Positions 46,793 to 53,938 of a DNA stretch of 53,938 nucleotides are shown here, in pieces. Within the stretch, counting starts at the first letter, position 1. Every line of letters starts with the position of its first letter. Location: positions 1 to 53,938 of the IMG/VR virus record IMGVR_UViG_3300043353_000046. The stretch is one strand, 5' to 3'. Below the pieces are notes generated by a model. That model saw only the letters and a program-made list of their open reading frames with translations, searched no databases and was not told where the DNA came from. The position numbers and the translations under genes were made by a program. This stretch comes from a virus. Taxonomy: Duplodnaviria; Caudoviricetes.

Positions 46793-47007
46793 TACTTTTC
46801 CTCAGTAGAACGATACGCATTGAGCTGCCGACGAAGCGAGCCAATCTCCGTCCAGTCCGCTGACATGCGCCGCTGGCAGTCAACGAACAGGCGAGCTAGT
46901 CCGTTGAGGGTGAAGCCCTGCCCCATTGCGAGATACTTCAGGGCTGTGTCGATTTGATTCGACAGTTCTTCCTCGTCAGGGAGGGACAATTGTTCGATGC
47001 GGTTCAC
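46792..47007 (-). CDS. Hypothetical protein
   Basis: Operon-coupled. Confidence 0.6.
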   Translation of the reverse strand: MNRIEQLSLPDEEELSNQIDTALKYLAMGQGFTLNGLARLFVDCQRRMSADWTEIGSLRRQLNAYRSTEEK

Positions 47008-47381
47008 TCGTGCTCTCCCTCAATCACGTTGTACTCGCCCTTACGGGCCAGCTCCTCGGCCGCGTTCTCATGTCGTCCCCGCCACGCAGGGAAGAAGCGA
47101 GGCGATGAGGGTGTCGGCCCCGATAGTAGCTTGGGCGCAACCTCCGCACGCTCCAGTAGGTTTGCAATCGCTCGCAATCGCATGGGCGTCCAGGCGAAGA
47201 GTTCAGTGCCAGGGCGCAAGACGTAACGCCCGTTCTCTATCAGCGTGAAGTGACCCGCGAGCACTCGCAGCCAGGAGGCGTGGGAGGTCTCGTAACTGAC
47301 CTGAGACGGTGTTGGGCCTCTCCCGGCATCGCCAAACTGATAATCTTTCGGCAGGGGCGTGCGGCGATTCTGATGGCTCAT
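47004..47381 (-). CDS. Hypothetical protein
   Basis: AAGGA RBS before ATG 47381. Confidence 0.55.
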   Translation of the reverse strand: MSHQNRRTPLPKDYQFGDAGRGPTPSQVSYETSHASWLRVLAGHFTLIENGRYVLRPGTELFAWTPMRLRAIANLLERAEVAPKLLSGPTPSSPRFFPAWRGRHENAAEELARKGEYNVIEGEHE

Positions 47382-47467
47382 AGCTTCCTTCTCTTCAACG
47401 ATGTCCCGGATGAGTTCGCACAGGTCGTGAAGCCCATTGCCGTAGCGAGAGATACCGAGGGTAATCA

Positions 47468-48019
47468 CTAACGGTCTTCTAGCAACGCAGCCGCGTGATA
47501 CATACTCGGCCACTCGACCACCATCATGAATAGCGCGTCCATCTTGTGACTCGCAAGGTAGCGGGCGTGTTCCCGGTACCCATCATGACTGACCAGCATC
47601 GCGACCGTTTCCGCGAACGCTTCTGCCTGTCGGGTGGTCACCCATCCCGGCTGCAAGGTGTGGCCGGCTTCATGCGCAAGGACAGCGAGTCTGGCATTCC
47701 AGCTGAGACCTCCATCAATGATGATGGCGTGCTTCTCCATGTCAGTAACCCCGTAGGCTTCATGCCCGTCGACTTCAAGGCCCCCCGCGTATGTCACCGA
47801 GTAGTTCAGCATCTCCAGCTTCGACTCCAGGGACAGCGCGTCCCAGTAGCGATGGGTGCCGTTGTCACTGCGAACGTGTCCCGGCGACATGAACAGCACC
47901 TCAGCCCCAAGGGTCATCACCCGCCAGGGCGCCATGATGAACACCTGGATGAAGAAGATGAGGGCCAGGAGGGCTCGCACCTTGAACCAGTCAATCTCGA
48001 AGGGCTCCTTAAGCGGCAT
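47468..48019 (-). CDS. Membrane-anchored zincin metallopeptidase (ImmA/IrrE or ArdC-C-like)
   Basis: N-terminal TM; HEAGH; downstream EAFAE. Confidence 0.8.
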   Translation of the reverse strand: MPLKEPFEIDWFKVRALLALIFFIQVFIMAPWRVMTLGAEVLFMSPGHVRSDNGTHRYWDALSLESKLEMLNYSVTYAGGLEVDGHEAYGVTDMEKHAIIIDGGLSWNARLAVLAHEAGHTLQPGWVTTRQAEAFAETVAMLVSHDGYREHARYLASHKMDALFMMVVEWPSMYHAAALLEDR

Positions 48020-48176
48020 GGTGCCACTCCTCGGTACCCGTGCAGTCTGTCTTGACCGTGAGGGTCCTCAACTGCCGGCAGAGCAGACGCGTCCAGGCAT
48101 ACGCGTCATAGTCGCGTCCCGCCTGCATGGCGGTGAGCAGGTTTGTGTGAATGATACGGCAGTCTCGGACGTTCAT
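48009..48176 (-). CDS. Small hypothetical protein (55 aa)
   Basis: GGAGAG RBS; overlaps the peptidase start. Confidence 0.5.
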   Translation of the reverse strand: MNVRDCRIIHTNLLTAMQAGRDYDAYAWTRLLCRQLRTLTVKTDCTGTEEWHHAA

Positions 48177-48188
48177 ACGCTCTCCAAT

Positions 48189-48293
48189 CTACGGGGTGAA
48201 CAGGTAATAGCCCATCAGGATGCCGAGCCACACACCGGCCAGCACAAACATCACGGCATTCAGTCGGGCCTTCTCGTCGTCGCTAATCTTCAA
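48189..48293 (-). CDS. Single-TM mini-protein (34 aa)
   Basis: GGAGG RBS, TTG start; MKISDDEKARLNAVMFVLAGVWLGILMGYYLFTP. Confidence 0.55.
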   Translation of the reverse strand: MKISDDEKARLNAVMFVLAGVWLGILMGYYLFTP

Positions 48294-48309
48294 CCTGTCC
48301 TCCCTCTGA

Positions 48310-48342
48310 AAGAGCGAGACCCCCTGCAGTGAGTCTCGCCCC
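48310..48342 (-). terminator. Intrinsic terminator after the 21-aa peptide gene
   Basis: GGGGCGAGACTC...GGGTCTCGCTC-TTTC on the minus strand. Confidence 0.65.
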
Positions 48343-48355
48343 TTGCCTTACCTAC

Positions 48356-48421
48356 TTACGTGCCCCAGTAGATGCTGTCGCCGTCCGCATCCGAAAAGAA
48401 GCTCAGAAAGTAAGCCCACAT
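48356..48421 (-). CDS. 21-aa peptide MWAYFLSFFSDADGDSIYWGT
   Basis: Perfect AAGGAGGT RBS 7 nt upstream of ATG; own terminator. Confidence 0.65.
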   Translation of the reverse strand: MWAYFLSFFSDADGDSIYWGT

Positions 48422-48579
48422 GTCGACCACCTCCTTGCGAGCGTTGTCAGAACGACCGCAACATCGGAGGACTGCACGCGAAAGGCCAGGGTCAGAAATA
48501 GGTCGTGTACGTTTTACGCAGCGAGCCTCAACCGAGGTGTACTAGGCGACATACATCGCGAGTGCGGCTCTCGAAACTC

Positions 48580-48933
48580 TCAGCCCTTGCTCAGGGACGG
48601 ACCTGAATGGGGGACACTTGGTGTCTCCCGTCTGGTGTAGACCGCGCAGTTCTTCGCGTGTGGGTCGGCCCCGTGTTGCTTTGGCTTGCTGGCATTCCCA
48701 CTCGCGATGCAGTCACATCTCACCACAGTCACCCTGTGGTGATTAGCCGGTACCCCTGCAAGACTCAGTCCCACACCGAGGGTCACCTTGTCCTCTTGCG
48801 CGTGGAGCTGCAACGCATACCGCACCGCGTCCCCGAAGCCTCGCCAGTAGTCCCGCGTGCCCTGGTCCGTGGCCCCGGCATAGCGAGCCTCCGCATCGTT
48901 CAGCATTCGTCTCAGTTGGTCTTGTTCATTCAT
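48580..48933 (-). CDS. Hypothetical protein with C-terminal CxC..H..C motif
   Basis: Operon-coupled. Confidence 0.55.
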   Translation of the reverse strand: MNEQDQLRRMLNDAEARYAGATDQGTRDYWRGFGDAVRYALQLHAQEDKVTLGVGLSLAGVPANHHRVTVVRCDCIASGNASKPKQHGADPHAKNCAVYTRRETPSVPHSGPSLSKG

Positions 48934-49075
48934 GTCTGTCCACCACTACCACACACCGCCTTGTCCCCTCACTCTCGAACCCACACAGTTTGTTCTGCCC
49001 AATCAACAGGGCTATCAGAAAGAGGGTGAGGCCGGCTGCGCAGACGACAACGGTTGCAAACTCTGTGAATTTCAT
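48926..49075 (-). CDS. Small membrane protein (49 aa)
   Basis: One TM helix; overlap with the next gene. Confidence 0.45.
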   Translation of the reverse strand: MKFTEFATVVVCAAGLTLFLIALLIGQNKLCGFESEGTRRCVVVVDRHE

Positions 49076-49084
49076 GCGCCTACT

Positions 49085-49288
49085 CTACCCGATAGCCACC
49101 ACGTAGTCATTCAGCACTGACTGAGCGGGTTGAGACTGTCCCCACCGAAAGCCTGCCGCGTAAGCGAGAGATTCACTCTCGGCCTCGACGATGGTCGACC
49201 GAAAGCACACCGGCAGCGTGTCCTCTACCTTCTGTCCGTTCGTGAAGTCACTGTCCACCATCGCCTGCACATATACCCACTTCGCCAT
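49085..49288 (-). CDS. Hypothetical protein, first gene of the leftward arm
   Basis: GGGAG RBS. Confidence 0.55.
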   Translation of the reverse strand: MAKWVYVQAMVDSDFTNGQKVEDTLPVCFRSTIVEAESESLAYAAGFRWGQSQPAQSVLNDYVVAIG

Positions 49289-49329
49289 GTAGAAACTCCC
49301 CACGGGGTCTGTTTGGCCCGTTCCGGTAC

Positions 49330-49370
49330 GTGTGTTCCGTTTTTCACCGTCGCGTTCCGTTCCAGCACAC
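49330..49370 (+). repeat. Imperfect direct repeat, copy 1
   Basis: GTGTGTTCCGTTTTTCACC-nTCG-N10-CAGCACAC; matches 52851-52891. Confidence 0.8.
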
Positions 49371-49380
49371 TATGCATGAT

Positions 49381-49418
49381 GGGTACCGGCTGTAAAGTGT
49401 TGATTTTACAGGGGTACA
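49381..49418. promoter_or_regulatory. Divergent control region
   Basis: GGGTACCG, CTGTAAA-N8-TTTACAG inverted repeat and AGGGGTACA between divergent arms. Confidence 0.5.
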
Positions 49419-49451
49419 TAGTTGGCACATGCATAGCAATCTAAACATCGC

Positions 49452-49697
49452 ATGTATACCATCCAAGCCGCTCATATCTCTGAGCAAGCGTTTCGCGTGT
49501 TGCGTCGGTTGCGCGGTCTCTATACCCGTGGAGGGCTGCAGCCCTTCGTGACGGCCAGCTGGCTGGCTGCAGATGTTCAAATGCCTCTGCCGTCTTTGCG
49601 TCGGGCAGTGTTCGAACTTCGACAGGCGGGATTCTCCATCGTTCAAAACAACGGACGTGTCGGGCTGTTGTTCCTTGGTGAGTTGGTTCGCCGATGA
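49452..49697 (+). CDS. Small winged-helix regulator (Cro-position)
   Basis: LA...P..SLRRAV.ELRQAGFSI; first rightward early gene. Confidence 0.65.
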   Translation: MYTIQAAHISEQAFRVLRRLRGLYTRGGLQPFVTASWLAADVQMPLPSLRRAVFELRQAGFSIVQNNGRVGLLFLGELVRR

Positions 49698-49933
49698 GCC
49701 CGGCCAGCATCTCTCGTATGCCGAGCCGGCTATCAGTGGTGAGTGTGCCCCTGACGCCTAATCAGCTTATGGTCACGATGGAAGCGCTTCGCATGGCACG
49801 CGTGGAAATCTTGAAGGCTGCCGCCCACCTTAAGCACATTTACCCAGAGTCGATTGCTCACGCAGAACAGCTGGCCAGTTACGCCGAATCGATGGGGGAT
49901 ACGCTCGATTATCTGGCCAAGGTGAATGTATGA
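49694..49933 (+). CDS. Hypothetical protein
   Basis: ATGA overlap. Confidence 0.55.
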   Translation: MSPASISRMPSRLSVVSVPLTPNQLMVTMEALRMARVEILKAAAHLKHIYPESIAHAEQLASYAESMGDTLDYLAKVNV

Positions 49934-50094
49934 AGTTGGTCAACCTTTTGCGTCGGCTGTTCTGCGCGCATTCCGACCAACTTCGCAAATCTACCGATGA
50001 CGGGCTGATGTATCTTGAATGCATGCACTGCGGACACTGCACTCCGGGGATTCCGGTTGGCCCGTTCTGGCATCTTGTGAAAGAAGGGGAATGA

Positions 50095-50286
50095 ATGGCT
50101 GCCAGACTTGGTGACGACGGGACACTCGATACCGTGATTTACTGTTCCGAGTGTGGGCAGGAACAGCGATACAACTACAGCGCGGAAGATGAGGACATCA
50201 ACCACGGTATCGCCTCTTACGATTCTTTCGTCGATTGGTGCATTGAGGATTTCGAGTCGGAACACGAATGCGCGGGGGACAAGTAA
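50095..50286 (+). CDS. Small acidic Zn-binding protein
   Basis: DDGTLDTV, CSECG, HEC. Confidence 0.6.
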   Translation: MAARLGDDGTLDTVIYCSECGQEQRYNYSAEDEDINHGIASYDSFVDWCIEDFESEHECAGDK

Positions 50287-50511
50287 ATGCGACGAAACGT
50301 CTATATCCTGATGTGGGTCGAGGAGGGATTCGGCACTACGCGTGAACGCGCTATGTTTGCAGGTCCTCTCACGCGGAAACGTCAAGCGTTAAAAGAGGCA
50401 AAGATTCGACGGGCAGACGTCTATGCGATTCCCTATCCCGGAGGCGGCTGGGATTGTCCGACGGTGCGCGCGGTTTTCGAGCCTATCGCGGTTGGGGGTA
50501 AACGGGTATGA
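50287..50511 (+). CDS. Hypothetical protein
   Basis: Operon-coupled. Confidence 0.55.
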   Translation: MRRNVYILMWVEEGFGTTRERAMFAGPLTRKRQALKEAKIRRADVYAIPYPGGGWDCPTVRAVFEPIAVGGKRV

Positions 50512-50915
50512 CTGGACGGGAGCGAATTGCTCAATTGAAAGTTGAGCGGCCTGACGTGGTTATCGAAGTGGTTCGAACGCCAGACCCTTATAGCGTTTGG
50601 GACGGTGACGAGCCCATCGGTGATGAGTTTGTCTGTTACGACCATGACGTTATCGCCTACACCATTCGCGACGGTGAACGCGTCGAAGGTCGGAATTCTC
50701 TGGGAGGTTCCTGGTATGACCCTTTCGACAAAACCCCTGAGAACCTCGATTGTCTGGCTGAAATCAGTGGTTACCTGCTACAAATGGTCGACGAAGCGCT
50801 CGAAGAGTTGGACGGCCAGTTACCTGAACTGATGATGTGCGAAATCTGTGGTGAACCGGCTGGGGCTGGTGGGGCGTTGTGTCCCGTTCACTTAAGAGAG
50901 GCAGGCATCGAATGA
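50508..50915 (+). CDS. Acidic early protein with C-terminal Zn finger
   Basis: SLGGSWY, Y..QMV.EAL, CEICG..LCPVH. Confidence 0.65.
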   Translation: MTGRERIAQLKVERPDVVIEVVRTPDPYSVWDGDEPIGDEFVCYDHDVIAYTIRDGERVEGRNSLGGSWYDPFDKTPENLDCLAEISGYLLQMVDEALEELDGQLPELMMCEICGEPAGAGGALCPVHLREAGIE

Positions 50916-51106
50916 CAGACGAACAGAGAGACACCCGCGCATACCATCCACACCGTAAAGATGGGCTAGACCGCAATCTAACCCGATTGAATGAGGCAGA
51001 TTGGCGGGTCGGATGTCGCTGTACGTGTCCCGATTGCGTGAGCAAGTATCAAGACTCACGCGATTACCTGCGGATGCTAACGATTCTTGGCGAGGTGAAC
51101 GAATGA
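50912..51106 (+). CDS. Small CRCxCxxC protein
   Basis: ATGA overlaps. Confidence 0.5.
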   Translation: MTDEQRDTRAYHPHRKDGLDRNLTRLNEADWRVGCRCTCPDCVSKYQDSRDYLRMLTILGEVNE

Positions 51107-51501
51107 CCAAACGCGAAGCGATGGAACTCACACACCAGGAGAATCGGTTGATGGCCCTTGGCATCAGTCGCGATGATGCTAACGCCCTCCGCCGTATCTC
51201 TATGACTCTCCGCCGATGGTTCGAACACGAATGCAACGGAGTCATCCAGCGCGATGGCGACGAGCCCGACAGCACACCTTACTATTTCAACCCCGACACT
51301 GGCCGAAAGGGCGGAAGGGTGGCCGATAGGGAAACTGGAGCCCGCAAGCGCTTGACTGCCATCATGGCCAAGTATCCCACCCTGACAGCGTATGTTCAGG
51401 GTGACCCACGCGGGTGTTCTCTCTACATCTTGACCGCTGAACATCTGGCCGGCGAACACCCGATTGACTCTGTGTATACCAGGGGAGTGGCTATCGCGTG
51501 A
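51103..51501 (+). CDS. Conserved phage early protein (E.ECNG...QGDPRG motif)
   Basis: GAGG RBS; motif common in phage early regions. Confidence 0.7.
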   Translation: MTKREAMELTHQENRLMALGISRDDANALRRISMTLRRWFEHECNGVIQRDGDEPDSTPYYFNPDTGRKGGRVADRETGARKRLTAIMAKYPTLTAYVQGDPRGCSLYILTAEHLAGEHPIDSVYTRGVAIA

Positions 51502-51710
51502 CTGTCAAACAGCTTAGAGAGTGGCGGGCCCTTGCGTCAGATGAGTCTGCTCCGGTGATGATTCTTGACGGATTTAATGGTGGCGGGTGTCCCCGTGACA
51601 TCAACCTTAAGACATCACATACGATTACTACGTCAGACGAAAATGAATCCGCCGATTGTGAAAATAGAATCGGTGAACAAGTCCTCGTAATTGGATTCGG
51701 GTGTTACTAA
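51498..51710 (+). CDS. Hypothetical protein
   Basis: GTGA overlap; MTVKQL. Confidence 0.55.
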   Translation: MTVKQLREWRALASDESAPVMILDGFNGGGCPRDINLKTSHTITTSDENESADCENRIGEQVLVIGFGCY

Positions 51711-51711
51711 C

Positions 51712-52146
51712 ATGAAACCTGACACTATCGACGTCGACGACATCAACGCTATTGAACTGGTGTTCACCAGCGGAAATGCGGACCATCGTTATATTCTGCA
51801 GCCGGCTACTACGCAGGAGGACACCCTATCGACGATGCTCCGACATCCGCACCACCAAATCAAGCGAACCACCGAGCATTACATCGACGACACCAGCGGG
51901 AAATGGTTTTACTTCGCTAACGTCGATTGCTTCGACCCTCCAATCGCTATCATTCGGGCTCGGTCATTCGAATCTGCGTACGAAGTGTTTTGTGATGAGT
52001 TTGAACGCTGGATGGTAGTCGACGAGCCCGACGCAAAGGACTATCCCGAAGACGAGCGCAATTACAACAGCAACGGCACTCACATCGACGCATCTGGTGT
52101 GCAGGGCTATGAGTTGAAACTTCTGTCTATCCTGGTGGCATCATGA
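51712..52146 (+). CDS. Acidic hypothetical protein
   Basis: A.SFESAYE...DE; N.NG..ID. Confidence 0.6.
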   Translation: MKPDTIDVDDINAIELVFTSGNADHRYILQPATTQEDTLSTMLRHPHHQIKRTTEHYIDDTSGKWFYFANVDCFDPPIAIIRARSFESAYEVFCDEFERWMVVDEPDAKDYPEDERNYNSNGTHIDASGVQGYELKLLSILVAS

Positions 52147-52667
52147 AACGTAATCGCGACATCAGCAAATTCGACGACGTCATCGACTCCCGCGAAGTGA
52201 TTGCTCGTATCGCTGAACTGGAGAGCGAAATCGAGGCCGAGGAGATATCGGAGGACAATGGGGCCGAGCCTCAGTTAGACGAAAACGAAAACACCATTGT
52301 GGACATGGTCAAGTGTGGGACTTGTGGGAAGTCTTGGAATGATGCGCTCATCACCGAGCGCACACCCGCGCCGTCTGCCAGATGTCCGTATGAGTCTATC
52401 CATGAGGAGATTGACGAACTTCGCGCCCTTATAGCCCTGCAGGAAGAGGCAGAGGGATACTGTTCAGACTGGAGGCACGGAGAGACACTGATACGTGACG
52501 GCTATTTCCAGGAATACGCGCAACAGCTGGCCGAGGATATTGGCGCTATCAAGTCTGACGCCGGCTGGCCGTATGACCATATCGACTGGGAGGCAGCCGC
52601 CGATGCGCTCAAACAGGACTACACGGAGGTAGATTTTGACGGCGAATCCTACTGGATTCGGTCATGA
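52143..52667 (+). CDS. ArdA-like acidic anti-restriction protein
   Basis: IDSREVI.RI.EL; TLIRD.YF.EYA..LAED; WP...IDWE.AA..L..DY; strongly acidic. Confidence 0.7.
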   Translation: MKRNRDISKFDDVIDSREVIARIAELESEIEAEEISEDNGAEPQLDENENTIVDMVKCGTCGKSWNDALITERTPAPSARCPYESIHEEIDELRALIALQEEAEGYCSDWRHGETLIRDGYFQEYAQQLAEDIGAIKSDAGWPYDHIDWEAAADALKQDYTEVDFDGESYWIRS

Positions 52668-52731
52668 AGACTCTGTGTCTGTTCCTGGGTATGTGGGTCT
52701 GTTGGCGGGTAAATCAGTGGAGGGCTAAACT

Positions 52732-52851
52732 ATGAAAGGTCACATGCGAATCTCTCAGAAGGAATGGCAGGCTAGGGGCGGGTGCGCTAACCCTCAGCTA
52801 TTTCGTAAGCACTCAAAACGAGGCTAGCGATATTTTCTAGTCGTCTGGTAG
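52732..52851 (+). pseudogene. Small early gene interrupted by an in-frame TAG at 52825
   Basis: MKGHMRISQKEWQARGGCANPQLFRKHSKRG*RYFLVVW*. Confidence 0.45.
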
Positions 52852-52891
52852 TGTGTTCCGTTTTTCACCCTCGACACTCAGAACAGCACAC
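52851..52891 (+). repeat. Imperfect direct repeat, copy 2
   Basis: Matches 49330-49370. Confidence 0.8.
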
Positions 52892-52899
52892 AGTACATC

Positions 52900-53117
52900 A
52901 CGTTGATGACTCCCGTCATGGCCATGATTTCTGGCTGACTCGTAATCGCCACGGCGCTGGATTCTGGGACTGGGGATATGGTCCGTTAGGAGCTGAGTTA
53001 ACGGTTAGGGCTCACGCCTACGGAGAGTCATACGTATCGGGGCCTGAGACGACCGACCAGGGCAACAGCACTGATGCCCAAATAGCCGCCTGGGATGGCG
53101 TGATTACCATCGATTAG
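52900..53117 (+). pseudogene. Probable 5'-truncated gene (GHDFWLTRN.HGAGFWD family)
   Basis: Recognisable motif with no RBS or N-terminal half; frame opens inside the repeat. Confidence 0.55.
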
Positions 53118-53754
53118 CACAACGATACGGCCAGCCCTACTAGCCCTCGGCCGTTACAACACCTTACGCAGTTGAGGCAGTTGTAACGGTTCTCCCTTCC
53201 CGACAGACACCTCAATAACCAATCAGTTATATAAACCCTGTGGTAATCACTACCATAGTGGATTTATGGGCTCGACATGCGCTCTCCACTGGCCATCCAA
53301 GTGGAGAGATGAGCAGACCCGAAACCCGCATTCCCTTCCGGTGCTGATTGATAGTCAGGAGGACCGACAGCGTTAGCCTAGTGAATGCGTTGGTGTGGGC
53401 TGCTAGTGCTACAGGTGTGCTACTAACGTCAGCTGTCAGCCAGTCACCAGGGCTGTCAGACCCTCCACGTACGCCTAAGCCGGCGCACTTCCGACCGGAC
53501 CCACCCCTGGGGGAGGGGTTGGCCTAGCAATGCTCGCTCAACTGTCCACCACACATCCACATGTCCACATCCACATACCGGCGCACTATCGGGTGAGGAG
53601 AGGGACCCGTTTACAGGACCGTTACACGGTTTATAAACTCTATACGCGCCCCCGGCGCGCACGGGTATTTTGTCCTACAGACGTACCCTCGCGACTCATC
53701 CACAATGTACACACGCCAATTGCAGCAGACCTTGACAGGCCAGACGGGGCCATA

Positions 53755-53938
53755 CGACTGTGAGCATCATGAGTAGCGAGAGCGAACTTCGGAGTGTGGC
53801 GGATGCGATTGCCGAATGCCGGAAGCGTCTACAGGTGTCGGGCGCCCTCGACAGCGAGACTGACCGGACGTTGAACTGGGCGTCGATGCAGACGCACTAT
53901 ATCGCGCATCAGTTGAGGGGGATGTGTGAAGTGCTGGT
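53755..53938. repeat. Terminal direct repeat / circular overlap, right copy
   Basis: Matches 1-184. Confidence 0.95.

Noticed and set aside
52825-52827. TAG reassignment or amber suppression
   Set aside because: It is the only interrupted frame I noticed, many genes end properly in TAG, and the tRNA-like RNA has no CTA anticodon; a TGG-to-TAG mutation or error is simpler
53305-53330. Hammerhead-like GATGAG...GAAAC
   Set aside because: It lacks the CTGA core and a proper stem II

Overview
The window looks like a complete, circularly permuted ~53.75 kb genome of a GC-rich temperate tailed phage. Its ends share a 184-bp overlap. The layout is podovirus-like: there is no tape-measure gene, but there are adaptor/nozzle genes and several ejection-type genes. 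The modules are: (i) a leftward accessory operon (PAP2 phosphatase, EndoVII, DUF1353) headed by a tRNA-like RNA with a non-canonical anticodon arm; (ii) a rightward terminase-portal-scaffold-capsid-tail-ejection-lysis block; (iii) nucleotide-metabolism genes; (iv) AlpA-type excisionase, attP (3' half of tRNA-Thr-CGT) and a tyrosine integrase; (v) a leftward replication arm (family A polymerase, two MTases, ERCC4 nuclease, AAA ATPase, PD-(D/E)XK nuclease, SSB, UvrD helicase, RepA-like helicase, Acb2/Tad1-like protein); (vi) a divergent early region with an ArdA-like protein. Five unexplained signals stand out: a shared N-terminal peptide tag G[AS]RP[SR][SQK]F on four unrelated DNA-transaction proteins, conserved in protein but synonymously diverged in DNA; the anticodon-less tRNA-like RNA; a 21-aa peptide gene with a sequestered RBS and its own terminator near a membrane-anchored zincin peptidase; a four-hairpin structured RNA downstream of SSB; and a 42-bp imperfect direct repeat bracketing the early genes. 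All product calls come from motif recognition by eye; no database searches were run.
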